The notes under the pieces were generated by a model, which saw only the letters and a program-made list of their open reading frames with translations, did no database searches and was not told the DNA's origin. Positions 16,173 to 25,514 of a stretch of DNA of 35,179 nt are shown in pieces (position 1 is the first letter of the stretch; the number at the start of each line of letters is the position of its first letter). Source of the stretch: Thermoanaerobaculia bacterium (lineage in GTDB: Bacteria; Acidobacteriota; Thermoanaerobaculia; Gp7-AA8). The position numbers and the translations under genes are program-made. The stretch is taken from positions 1 to 35,179 of the forward strand of contig JBHEOL010000099.1 of assembly GCA_046261635.1 (NCBI GenBank), written 5' to 3'.

Positions 16173-17912
16173 ATGCCGAGTCTCTTCGACACGATCATCA
16201 ACCCGGCCGTTCAGCAGCTTCTGCGCCGCGAGCGCGAGATGCTCGTCGCGCTCCGGGAGATTCTCGAAGAGGAGCAGTCGGACGAGCGCCGAAGGATCGG
16301 GGAACTGCTCGAGGGACTCGACGACCTGTTCCGGATCGTGATCGTCGGTGAGTTCAACGCCGGCAAGTCATCCCTGATCAACGCGCTGTTCGGCCAGCGA
16401 CTCCGGAAGGAGGGGCCGGTTCCGGTCGACGACCGCATATCGATCCTCCGCCACGGCGAGGAAGCCACCTCGCGGCCCCTGAGCGATTTCGTGATTGAGC
16501 AGACCTACCCGGTCGATTTCCTCCGGAACCTGACTCTGATCGATACGCCCGGAACGAACTCGATCGTGACGCGGCATCAGGAGATCACCGAAGATTTCAT
16601 CCCGCGCGCCGACCTGGTGCTTTTCGCCACTTCGATCGACAGGCCTCTTTCGGAGTCGGAACGGCAGTTTCTCGGCTATATCCGGGAGTGGGGAAAGAAG
16701 GTCGTCTTCGTTCTCACCAAGATCGACACGAAGAGCGAGGCCGAGATCTCCGAGGTCGTCGACTACCTCCGGACGAACGTCCAGACGATCTTCGGCTTCG
16801 AGCCCGTCGTCTTCCCCGTGGCGGCGAAGCCCGCCCTGGAGGCGAAGACGGGAGAATCGAATCCGCGGGCATGGACGGCGAGCAGGTTCGAGCCGTTCGA
16901 GAATTACATCTTCGAGAAGTTGACCGAGGGTGAGCGGCTGCGGATCAAGCTCGAGGCCCCGCTCGAAGCCGTCACGGCGATGACCAGGCGGCAGCGCACG
17001 AGGCTGGATGCGAGGCGCGTGATCCTCTCCTCCGACATGGAGAAGATCCGCGCGATCCGAGAGCAGCTTGCGCTGGCCGAGAGGGATCTCCAGGGAAACT
17101 TCGAGAAGTTCATCCTCCGGATCGCCACGATGATGATGGAGCTCGAGCGGCGGGGAGTCGACTTCATCGATCGCTACGTCCGCATTCAACACGTCATGAT
17201 GCTGCGCGACGCCGGGCGGTTCCGGGACGAGTTCGAGCGGCAGGTCTTTCAGGACTGGGAAGGCTCGGTCGATCGCACTCTCCAGGAGTCTGTCGACTGG
17301 CTCGTGCGCGAGAACATGAAGCTGTGGCGTGACACGGTCGAGCGCTTCCAGTCGCAGGCCGACTCGGTGTCGCAGCAGAACCTGATCGGCACAGCGGGCC
17401 GGGAGTTCGTCTACAACCGCGACGAGGTCTACGGACGCATTCGCGGTGAAGCCGAGCGGCGAATCCACACCTACAACGTCGACACCGAGGCGCGCCGCAC
17501 GATCGACTCGGCCCTTCAGGGGGTTCTGCAGTCGTTCGGGCTCGGAGCGGGAGCGCTCGGACTCGGCTACCTGTTCACCACGGCCTTTTCGAGCGTCGCC
17601 CTCGACGTCACCGGCCTGACGGCGGCGACCATGCTCCTGGTGACGAGTTTCCTGATCCTCCCGTACAAGCGCGGCAAGGCCAAAGTCGAGTTCGCTCGCC
17701 GGATCGACGAACTGCGGGGCCAGCTGTCCGAGGCGCTCGGGAAGGAGTCGCAGGCCGAGATCCAGAGGATGCTGGGTCGGATTTCGGCGGCCTTCGAACC
17801 TTACGAACGGTTTCACGAGATCGAGCACGAGAAGATCGAGCGGTTTTCGTCGAGGCTCGACAGGGTGGAGTCGGAGTGTCGCGAGATCGCGGCAAGCGTC
17901 GAGGCGCTCTGA
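16173..17912 (+). CDS. bacterial dynamin-like GTPase
   Basis: G1 VGEFNAGKSSLINAL, G3 LIDTPGTNS, G4 LTKID, long helical stalk, and a C-terminal hydrophobic paddle (LGAGALGLGYLFTTAF...LLVTSFLILPY). Confidence 0.88.
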   Translation: MPSLFDTIINPAVQQLLRREREMLVALREILEEEQSDERRRIGELLEGLDDLFRIVIVGEFNAGKSSLINALFGQRLRKEGPVPVDDRISILRHGEEATSRPLSDFVIEQTYPVDFLRNLTLIDTPGTNSIVTRHQEITEDFIPRADLVLFATSIDRPLSESERQFLGYIREWGKKVVFVLTKIDTKSEAEISEVVDYLRTNVQTIFGFEPVVFPVAAKPALEAKTGESNPRAWTASRFEPFENYIFEKLTEGERLRIKLEAPLEAVTAMTRRQRTRLDARRVILSSDMEKIRAIREQLALAERDLQGNFEKFILRIATMMMELERRGVDFIDRYVRIQHVMMLRDAGRFRDEFERQVFQDWEGSVDRTLQESVDWLVRENMKLWRDTVERFQSQADSVSQQNLIGTAGREFVYNRDEVYGRIRGEAERRIHTYNVDTEARRTIDSALQGVLQSFGLGAGALGLGYLFTTAFSSVALDVTGLTAATMLLVTSFLILPYKRGKAKVEFARRIDELRGQLSEALGKESQAEIQRMLGRISAAFEPYERFHEIEHEKIERFSSRLDRVESECREIAASVEAL

Positions 17913-18021
17913 GCGCGGGCATGCGCGGCGGGAAGCGGCTGTTCTGGTCCTCGGACCCGGCACCCGATTTTCCGAACCGTAACGCGGGAGGAGTCTGATC
18001 TCCCGCAGAATCAACGTCTCG

Positions 18022-19662
18022 ATGAAAACGCGAATCCTGCTCGCAGTTCTGGCAGTCGGTGTCTCCTCGCTCCAGGCGCAGGAAGCGCCGCGCTTCGGCG
18101 AGATGATCGAGGTCCGGCGCGCCGAGGCCGAGGTTGTGGTCACGGACGCGAAGGGGAACCCGGTCGCGGGACTTCAGCCTTCCGATTTCGTCCTGTTCGA
18201 GGGAGGCCAGCAGGTCGAGATCACCAACTTCTCTGAAGTTCGGGACGACCGGATCATCACGCCAACGGGCACTCCGACACGCGGCGCGGATTCGGCCTCG
18301 GCACCGGAGCGGCGCATCGTCATCTTCATCGACAACGATTCGATCCCGACGATCGAGCGCAATCAGGTCCTCGAGTCCGCCCGGAAGCTCGTTGCCACGT
18401 TCGGCAGGAACGACCTGGTGATGATCGTGACCTGGAACCGCGGGATGAAGCTCGCGATCCCCTTCACGAACGACCGGGGTCAGCTTTCTGACGCGCTCGA
18501 CAGACTCGCCAACGAATCATCCGGCGCCGCGCTCGATGACATGAGCCGGAGAGCCACCAACTCCAGGATTCAGGGAGAGCTGAGCACGGCGCTGCTCCTT
18601 CGGACGCCGATCGCCGACGCCTACGCCAAGGCGCTCAGCCACGCCAGGGTCGCCTCGGAGGAGGTGAGAACCCGCCAGAAGAGCATGATCGAGGGGCTTC
18701 GCTCCATGATCTCGACCCTTTCCGGCACGAGCGGCCGGAAAGCCGTCGTCTTCCTCGGTCGCAGCCTCCCGCAGTACCCGGCCCTGGAAACGTTCCTCTT
18801 CGCCGACGACGTCTTCCGTCCTCACTATCCTTCGGTCAATGGCTACATGGAGGCGAGCCGGGATTCGCAGTCTCCCCTCCATCGGGATCTGGCCCGTTAC
18901 GCCAACGCCTCCGATGTCGCCTTCTACCCGATCTTCGTCGGCGAGGCCGACTCGAGCACGGCGGACAGCCAGCAGCGAACCTCCCAGCAGATCGAGTTCG
19001 CCGACTTCACCAACAGCGCCTCTTCCATGCAGATGCTCGCCGCCATGACCGGTGGTACGGCGCTTCAGGCCACCAGCAACTACGACCGCGCCTTCGCCAT
19101 GGTGCGACGCGACCTTTCGTCCTATTACTCGATCGCGTGGAAACCCCTTGGTGAGCCCGGCGCCGAGGACACCGTCGAGGTCCGGGTCAAGCGCAGTGGT
19201 CTCAAGGTCCGCTTCCGCAGTACCCACCGGGAAAAGAGCTTCGAAGAGCAGATGAGCGACCGGGTCATCGCGAATCTCTTCCACACGCCGGAGGGAATGA
19301 GGTCCGCCGCGAGCCTGGTCGCTGGAACTCCGAAACGAGAGCGGCGAGGCCGCTACTCCATCCCGGTCCAGGTGCGAATTCCTCTCGAGGCCGTCACGCT
19401 CCTGCCGCGGGACGACGGGCTCGCCGGCGAGTTCTGCGTCTGGGTCGTCGTCGCAAACGACCGCTTCGATCAGTCGGATCTGACCACCCAGTGTCAGCCC
19501 GTCTCGATCGCCGACCCCGCCTCCGCACCACGCCGCGCCCACTGGACCTACGACCTGAAGCTCCTCGTCCGGGCCGGGGCGAACATCGTCTCGGTCGGCG
19601 TCCAGGATCGCGCCACCGGCGAGATCTCGTACGCGCGTACGACGGTGAACGCCGGAAGATAG
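18022..19662 (+). CDS. secreted VWA domain protein (VWFA-related acidobacterial-type)
   Basis: Signal peptide MKTRILLAVLAVGVSSLQA. N-terminal module (VEVVVTDAKGNPVAGLQPSDFVLFEGGQQVEITNF) followed by a VWA-like core (IVIFIDNDS...). Confidence 0.8.
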   Translation: MKTRILLAVLAVGVSSLQAQEAPRFGEMIEVRRAEAEVVVTDAKGNPVAGLQPSDFVLFEGGQQVEITNFSEVRDDRIITPTGTPTRGADSASAPERRIVIFIDNDSIPTIERNQVLESARKLVATFGRNDLVMIVTWNRGMKLAIPFTNDRGQLSDALDRLANESSGAALDDMSRRATNSRIQGELSTALLLRTPIADAYAKALSHARVASEEVRTRQKSMIEGLRSMISTLSGTSGRKAVVFLGRSLPQYPALETFLFADDVFRPHYPSVNGYMEASRDSQSPLHRDLARYANASDVAFYPIFVGEADSSTADSQQRTSQQIEFADFTNSASSMQMLAAMTGGTALQATSNYDRAFAMVRRDLSSYYSIAWKPLGEPGAEDTVEVRVKRSGLKVRFRSTHREKSFEEQMSDRVIANLFHTPEGMRSAASLVAGTPKRERRGRYSIPVQVRIPLEAVTLLPRDDGLAGEFCVWVVVANDRFDQSDLTTQCQPVSIADPASAPRRAHWTYDLKLLVRAGANIVSVGVQDRATGEISYARTTVNAGR

Positions 19663-19705
19663 CGCGAGCAGCGCGAGCGCCACTCTACGTGGGGTGGAAA
19701 AAGAA

Positions 19706-19724
19706 GGGGCTAGGGACTAGCCCC
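19706..19724 (+). terminator. short GC hairpin after the VWA gene (no U tract)
   Basis: GGGGCTAG (19706-19713), loop GGA, CTAGCCCC (19717-19724). It shares the GGGGCTAGGGA motif with the 13.1-kb repeat. Confidence 0.4.
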
Positions 19725-19758
19725 TGTTCTCTCTCCCGCTACAATCTCACCGCACACC

Positions 19759-21111
19759 ATGGCCAAACGACCTGCAACCCTGTTCTCCTGCACTGACTGC
19801 GGCGCGCAGGCTCCGAAGTGGCTGGGGCGCTGTCCCGAATGCCACGCCTGGAACACCTTCGCCGAGGAGGTTCCGGCGTCGGAGCAGACCGCGCCGCTGC
19901 TCCGGCTCTCCGCCGAGACAGCGCCGGTTCCCATCGACCGGATCGAGGCGGATGACGCTCCCCGCATCTCGACCGGGCTGCCGAACTTCGATCGGGTTCT
20001 CGGCGGAGGAATTGTTCCCGGTGCGGTGGTTCTGGTGGGGGGCGAGCCCGGCATCGGAAAATCGACGCTTCTCCTTCAGATCGCGCAGCGGCTGACCGTG
20101 CATGGCCAAGTGCTCTACGTCTCCGGGGAAGAGAGCCCCGCCCAGATCGCGCTTCGCGCCCGGCGTCTCGGGACGATGGACCCCCGCATCAGCCTCTACT
20201 CCGAGACCTCGGTGGAACGGATCATCGATGCGATGGACAAGATGCGACCCGCGGCGGCGATCGTCGACTCGATCCAGACGATGCACTCGGGCCGGAACAC
20301 CTCGTCTGCCGGCTCGGTGGGGCAGGTCCGCGACTGCGCCGGCCTTCTGATGGCTTCGGCAAAACGCCTCGCGATCCCGGTTTTCCTGATCGGCCACATC
20401 ACGAAGGAAGGGACGATCGCCGGTCCGAAGACTCTCGAGCACATCGTCGACACGGTTCTCTATTTCGAGGGAGACAAGTTTCAGGACTCGCGTCTGATCC
20501 GCGCCTACAAGAACCGGTTCGGCGCGGTCAACGAGCTCGCGATCTACCGGATGCATGACGACGGGCTGGAGGAAGTACCGAATCCGTCGGCCGCCCTGAT
20601 CTCTCAGCGGAGCGCCGCTGCGGGCTCGGCCATCGTCGCTGCCGTGGAGGGAACGCGGCCGTTCATGATCGAGGTCCAGGCCCTCGTCTCCCCTTCCCAG
20701 TATCCGAGCCCCAAGCGGATGGCCATGGGGATCGACGTGAACCGGCTCTCACTGCTCCTCGCGGTCCTCGAGAGAAAGGGTGGAGCGAGCTTTCTCTCCA
20801 ACGATGTCTATACGAACATCGCCGGAGGCCTCGAGTTCGACGAGCCGGCGATCGACCTCGGAGTCGTCGCCGCTCTGCTGTCGAGTCAGAGAAACCGCCC
20901 TCTTCCGTGGGATCTGTCGATCTTCGGCGAGGTCGGGCTGCTCGGCGAGATCCGCAACGTCGGCCAGGCGGATCTCCGGGCCCGGGAGGCGGCGGCACTC
21001 GGATTCCGCCGCATCGCGATGCCGCGGGCGAACGTTCGCGAGGTCCACGCCGACATCGAAGCAATCGGGGTCGACCAGATCGACCAGCTAGGGTCTCTTC
21101 TCACGACTTGA
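19759..21111 (+). CDS. radA: DNA repair protein RadA/Sms
   Basis: Zinc ribbon CTDCG..CPECHAWNTF, Walker A GGEPGIGKSTLLLQ, KNRFG motif, Lon-protease-like C-terminal domain. Confidence 0.95.
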   Translation: MAKRPATLFSCTDCGAQAPKWLGRCPECHAWNTFAEEVPASEQTAPLLRLSAETAPVPIDRIEADDAPRISTGLPNFDRVLGGGIVPGAVVLVGGEPGIGKSTLLLQIAQRLTVHGQVLYVSGEESPAQIALRARRLGTMDPRISLYSETSVERIIDAMDKMRPAAAIVDSIQTMHSGRNTSSAGSVGQVRDCAGLLMASAKRLAIPVFLIGHITKEGTIAGPKTLEHIVDTVLYFEGDKFQDSRLIRAYKNRFGAVNELAIYRMHDDGLEEVPNPSAALISQRSAAAGSAIVAAVEGTRPFMIEVQALVSPSQYPSPKRMAMGIDVNRLSLLLAVLERKGGASFLSNDVYTNIAGGLEFDEPAIDLGVVAALLSSQRNRPLPWDLSIFGEVGLLGEIRNVGQADLRAREAAALGFRRIAMPRANVREVHADIEAIGVDQIDQLGSLLTT

Positions 21112-21166
21112 TCGACTCTCGGGCGCACCTGCGTCGAGGCCGGCGATTGGCTGCTAAACTCCGGCG

Positions 21167-22903
21167 GTGCCGCCGAGCTCCCGCCTTCCGCTTCGCGCCT
21201 GGCTGATCGCCCTCGTCCTGGCGATCGCATTGCCGCTGCTCGCACTCCTTTCCTGGATTTTCGTCTCGCAGATGAGGCATGACCGCACCGAGGCGCGCGA
21301 CACGGCGCTCCGGATCGCAAAGGCGAGCGCCGAGCAGATCCGGCTGATGCATGGCGAGTCGAATCTGCTGCTCGAGCGTCTGGCCGCTCGCCCCGCGATC
21401 CGGAATCCCCAGCCCGGCACGTGCGATCCTCTCTTCGCGATCGTCGACTTCTTCCCCCAGTACGCCAACGTTTTCCTGCTCGATCCCGAGGGGAGGATCG
21501 TCTGCTCCGGGCCGCCCCAGCTTCAGGATCGGGCGATTTCAGCCGCCGCGCTCCGATGGCTGGAGCAGGCGGCGAGGGCGGAAACGCTGAGAGTCGGGCG
21601 TCCCATCATTCTGCCGATCGAAGGGCGGTGGGTTTCTGTGCTGACCCGCGGTGTCGGCTCGGTCGAGTCCCCGGCGGGAACCCTGGCGCTCGTTCAGCTT
21701 CCCGCCATCGCGAACGAAGGAGCGTTGCCGCCCGGCTCGGTCGTGACGATTGTCGACTCCGAGGGAACGGTCGTTGCGCGAACGCGCGACTCGGACGCAT
21801 GGATGGGAAGGAACGTGCGGGGGGCGGAGGTCACCGAGATCGTCCTCACCCAACCGGAGGGGCGAACCGAGGCGCGCGGGGTCGACGGCATGCTCCGGCA
21901 ATACGGCTTCACGACGATCGATCCGATCGACTGGCACATCTACGTGGGCATTCCGACCGCGGAGCTGATGCAGCCGGTCTGGCGCAGCATGAGACGAGGA
22001 GCTCTGTTCGGAATGGTGATCGTGCTCCTTGTCGGGATCTTCGCCTGGCGCCTGTCGAGGATCATCGAAGACCCGGTGGAGAACCTCTCCCGCGCGGCCG
22101 ACAGGATCGGGAAGGAAGGGTTCACCTCGAGCGTCCCGGTCGGCGGACCTCGCGAGATTCACGATCTGGGCGAGCGATTCAATGAAATGGTCGGCATGCG
22201 GGCGGCGGCCGAGTCGCGCATCATCGAAAGCGAACAGAGGCTCCGGGGATTGTCCGACCGGCTGCTCGTCATTCAGGAAGAAGAGCGCAGCAGGATCGCC
22301 CGCGAGATCCACGACGACCTCGGTCAGCTCCTGACCGCGCTCAAGATGGATGTCGGCGGGCTGATCGCAGCCGCCGACGCTGGAAGCCCGATCTCCGATC
22401 CCCTCCGGACGCGGGTCGAATCGACTCTCGACCGAACCGTCGATTCCGTCCAACGCATCGCCGCGGAGCTGCGCCCCGGAACGCTCGACGATCTCGGCCT
22501 GCTGGCCGCCCTCGAGTCCGAAGCCGCCCTGTTCGAAGAACGAACCGGCATCGAATGCGAGCTTTCGCTCGAGACAGGCGACCTCCACCTGCGGAAAGCC
22601 ACCGAAGCCGCGATCTATCGCATCCTTCAGGAAGCGATGACCAACGTCGCCCGGCACGCGGATGCGACACGGATCGAGATCCGTATGCGGGTGAGGGAGG
22701 GATCGCTCATTCTCGAGGTCCGGGACGACGGGCGCGGCATCTCGGAATCGGAAATCCAGGCACGCACCTCCCTCGGGCTGATCGGCATCCGGGAACGATC
22801 CGGAATTCTCGGAGGCTCGGTTCACATCGAAGGATTTCCGGGGCGCGGGACGATCGTATCGGTACGAATCCCGCTCTCCGGCGACGAGGAGACTCAGACA
22901 TGA
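21167..22903 (+). CDS. sensor histidine kinase (periplasmic Cache-like sensor, HAMP, HisKA_3, HATPase_c)
   Basis: Two TM segments flank an extracytoplasmic domain of about 240 aa. H-box EERSRIAREIHDDLGQ, N box QEAMTNVARHA, G boxes DDGRGI and GLIGIRER. GTG start at 21167. Confidence 0.9.
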   Translation: MPPSSRLPLRAWLIALVLAIALPLLALLSWIFVSQMRHDRTEARDTALRIAKASAEQIRLMHGESNLLLERLAARPAIRNPQPGTCDPLFAIVDFFPQYANVFLLDPEGRIVCSGPPQLQDRAISAAALRWLEQAARAETLRVGRPIILPIEGRWVSVLTRGVGSVESPAGTLALVQLPAIANEGALPPGSVVTIVDSEGTVVARTRDSDAWMGRNVRGAEVTEIVLTQPEGRTEARGVDGMLRQYGFTTIDPIDWHIYVGIPTAELMQPVWRSMRRGALFGMVIVLLVGIFAWRLSRIIEDPVENLSRAADRIGKEGFTSSVPVGGPREIHDLGERFNEMVGMRAAAESRIIESEQRLRGLSDRLLVIQEEERSRIAREIHDDLGQLLTALKMDVGGLIAAADAGSPISDPLRTRVESTLDRTVDSVQRIAAELRPGTLDDLGLLAALESEAALFEERTGIECELSLETGDLHLRKATEAAIYRILQEAMTNVARHADATRIEIRMRVREGSLILEVRDDGRGISESEIQARTSLGLIGIRERSGILGGSVHIEGFPGRGTIVSVRIPLSGDEETQT

Positions 22904-23532
22904 CGCGGATTCTCATCGTGGACGATCACGACATCGTTCGTGAAGGTCTTCGGCAGATCGTCTCGGAGACCGAGGACATCTCGGTCTCCGGCGAGGCGCG
23001 CACCGGGGCGGAGGCTCTCGAGAAGCTGCGCGAGGGCGGCTGCGACCTGGTGATCCTCGACCTCAATCTGCCAGACCGCCCGGGGCTGGACGTGCTGAGC
23101 CAGATTCGCGCTCTCTATCCCCGGCTCCCCGTGCTCGTGCTCAGCATGCACCGCGAGGCCTCCTACGCTTCGCGCGCTCTCCATGCCGGCGCGGCCGGCT
23201 ACATCAGCAAGGACCACGCGAGGGAGTTCCTCGTGGCAGCCATCAGGCGCCTCCGTCAGGGGGAGCGCTTTCTCCCTCCGGCTCTCGCCGAGAGCATCGC
23301 TTTCGAGCTGATGGACACCGGGCGCAGGGTCAAGCACGAGGTGCTCTCGGATCGCGAGTTCACGATCTTCTGCATGATCGCAGCCGGGAAGCCCCCTCGG
23401 CAGATCGCCTCCGAGCTCGGAGTGAGCGTCAAGACCGTCGGCACGCACCGCTCGCGCATCCTCCAGAAGATGACGCTGCGCAACAACGCCGAGATCGTCC
23501 AGTATGCGATCGAGCACAACCTCCTCAATTAG
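22900..23532 (+). CDS. NarL/LuxR-family response regulator
   Basis: MTRILIVDDHDIV receiver, LVILDLNLPD, and LuxR HTH (LSDREFTIFCMIAAGKPPRQIASELGVSVKTVGTHRSRILQKM). ATGA overlap with the kinase stop. The ORF-track N-terminal extension from 22555 is rejected. Confidence 0.93.
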   Translation: MTRILIVDDHDIVREGLRQIVSETEDISVSGEARTGAEALEKLREGGCDLVILDLNLPDRPGLDVLSQIRALYPRLPVLVLSMHREASYASRALHAGAAGYISKDHAREFLVAAIRRLRQGERFLPPALAESIAFELMDTGRRVKHEVLSDREFTIFCMIAAGKPPRQIASELGVSVKTVGTHRSRILQKMTLRNNAEIVQYAIEHNLLN

Positions 23533-23647
23533 AGCCGCTTGCGGGTCCCCCTCGCAGGCGAGGTAGGTGAAACACCTACAAGAATTTGGTCCGGTTTCGT
23601 ACAGCGCTTGGGTGAGGAGACTCATTCATCGGCCCGCTCTCACCCAT

Positions 23648-24064
23648 ATGCTGTCGCTGCCGATGGAAAAACAGCCCGCAATTCTCACGCGTCGCATTCT
23701 GCTGATCGATGACGACGAGCAGATCGCGGGTTCGCTGAGGAAGTACCTCATCCGCCATGGATGCGAAACCGAGTCCGTGCGCGAACGGAAAGCGGCCGTC
23801 GAGATGCTCGCCTCGAGGAGCTTCGACCTGATCCTGCTCGACCCCTACCTGACCGGCGAGGCGGGCGACCCCGGGTCTCTTCTCGCTCTCGTCCGTGAAC
23901 GGCAGGGTGTCGCCACGATCATCCTGCTGACGGCCTACCTCTCCTCGGAGCTCGGCAGCAAAGCCCTCGAGGCCGGCGTTCGTGCGATCATCACTAAACC
24001 GAAACCCGTCCGCGAGCTCGGCGAGTTCGCCCTCGGATTCCTGGATGCCCCTGGTTTATCCTGA
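23648..24064 (+). CDS. stand-alone receiver (CheY-like) protein
   Basis: ILLIDDDEQ, DLILLDPYL, ILLTAY and ITKP form a complete REC signature with no output domain. Start uncertain: ATG 23648, ATG 23663 or GTG 23567. Confidence 0.75.
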   Translation: MLSLPMEKQPAILTRRILLIDDDEQIAGSLRKYLIRHGCETESVRERKAAVEMLASRSFDLILLDPYLTGEAGDPGSLLALVRERQGVATIILLTAYLSSELGSKALEAGVRAIITKPKPVRELGEFALGFLDAPGLS

Positions 24065-24085
24065 AAAAAAGTATCGGAGGTATTG

Positions 24086-24652
24086 ATGAAGCAGTTCAGA
24101 CTATCTCTCGTCCTCGCGACCCTGATCCTCGCACTCGCGCTCGGGGCCTGCCGTTCCAAGCCGCAGCCGGCGCCCGCGCCCGCTCCGCCCCCGCCTCCCC
24201 CCCAGACGGCGCCCGTGGTGGTCGAGCCGCCGACGGACTTCGTCCCCGAGACTCCCGCGGAAGACGCGGTCTTTTCGGCCGACATCCAGGAGCTGAACCG
24301 GGTCGCGCAGGCTCGTGGCTGGATTCGCGACGTCTTCTTCGATTTCGACTCGACCGTGCTCGGTTCGGAATCTCAGGTCGCCCTCCAGGCTTCCGCCGTG
24401 TTCCTCAACGAGCGTCCTGAGCTCGATCTGCTCATCGAGGGGCACTGCGACGAGCGCGGGACCCAGCAGTACAACCTCGCCCTCGGCGACCGCCGGGCCA
24501 ACACCGTTCGCGAGTATCTCGTGACCCTCGGGATCGCTCCCTCGCGCATCCGGACCGTCTCCTACGGCGAGGAGCGCCCCTTCTCCACCGGCTCCGGCGA
24601 ACAGGCATGGCGCCAGAATCGTCGCGGTCACCTCGTTCTGGTTCGGCGCTGA
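24086..24652 (+). CDS. pal: peptidoglycan-associated lipoprotein (OmpA-C family)
   Basis: Lipobox LALGAC, Pro-rich linker, and FDFDSTVL...LLIEGHCDERGTQQYNLALGDRRANTVREYL..SYGEERP. GGAGG at 24076-24080 lies 5 nt from ATG 24086. Confidence 0.9.
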   Translation: MKQFRLSLVLATLILALALGACRSKPQPAPAPAPPPPPPQTAPVVVEPPTDFVPETPAEDAVFSADIQELNRVAQARGWIRDVFFDFDSTVLGSESQVALQASAVFLNERPELDLLIEGHCDERGTQQYNLALGDRRANTVREYLVTLGIAPSRIRTVSYGEERPFSTGSGEQAWRQNRRGHLVLVRR

Positions 24653-24682
24653 ATCGAGACGGCTCACTCGTTTCCGCCGAGC

Positions 24683-24718
24683 ACCGGCCGGTCCCTTCGG
24701 ACCGGCCGGTATTTTTTA
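24683..24718 (+). terminator. strong intrinsic terminator after pal
   Basis: Perfect 12-bp stem ACCGGCCGGTCC (24683-24694), loop CTTC, GGACCGGCCGGT (24699-24710), followed by ATTTTTTA. Confidence 0.9.
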
Positions 24719-24800
24719 CAACCCGCGGCGCTTGGAATCCCCGCGCTCGTTTGGCACACTCTCTCCGAGGTTTGATTTCCCGGTTGGAGGGTCCCTATCG

Positions 24801-25514
24801 ATGAGCGGCGGGTTGCGTAGTGGCTGGGCAGGCACATCGATTCTCACGGCGCTATTCGCGTTTCTCGCCGTTGGTTGCGCCACCTCGGGCCCGACTGCCG
24901 CCCGAGACGTGCGCAACGACGATCTCGCGAGCATCGCCTCCGATCTGCAGAGCGACCTTTCGCGCGTGAACGCGCGATCCCTCCCTCCCCGCGATAGCGC
25001 CGCCTCCCCCACCGCTTCAGTCGCGGCTCTTCCCACGCGGGACTCGGTGCTCTCCTCGATCGTCATTCCCGTCGCAAACCTCAAGCCTCGCGACCTCTAT
25101 GACTCCTGGGGCGCGGCGCGCGATGGGGGCAAACGCAAGCACCGTGGCATCGACATCTTCGCGCCCCGCGGAACCGAGATCCTCGCCGTCGCCGACGGGA
25201 TCGTCTCCTTCATTGGCGAACAGCCTCTGGGCGGCCGCTGCGTCTGGCTCGCCACTGAGCAGGGCCTTTCCTTCTATTACGCCCATCTCGAACGCTGGGC
25301 CCCCGGGCTCTACGAGGGAATGCCTGTCCGCCAGGGCCACGTCCTGGGCTATGTCGGCAACACCGGCAACGCGATCACCACGCCGCCTCACCTGCACTTC
25401 TCGGTCGTCGAGGGCGATGAGTCGATCAACCCATACCCGCTTCTGAAGGGTGCGGGGCAGATCCGGCCCCGTCCCGTGCTGACCGGCGGATTCCTGGCCG
25501 GCGGCTCTCAGTAG
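24801..25514 (+). CDS. M23 family metallopeptidase lipoprotein
   Basis: Lipobox FLAVGCA, LytM motifs HRGIDIF, GNTGN and PHLHFSV. ATG 24801 has GGAGG at 24786-24790. Confidence 0.88.
   Translation: MSGGLRSGWAGTSILTALFAFLAVGCATSGPTAARDVRNDDLASIASDLQSDLSRVNARSLPPRDSAASPTASVAALPTRDSVLSSIVIPVANLKPRDLYDSWGAARDGGKRKHRGIDIFAPRGTEILAVADGIVSFIGEQPLGGRCVWLATEQGLSFYYAHLERWAPGLYEGMPVRQGHVLGYVGNTGNAITTPPHLHFSVVEGDESINPYPLLKGAGQIRPRPVLTGGFLAGGSQ

Noticed and set aside
22555-22899. 115-codon N-terminal extension of the NarL-type regulator
   Set aside because: It lies entirely within the histidine kinase gene in another frame. The receiver domain begins at MTRILIVDDHD, with an ATGA overlap to the kinase stop.
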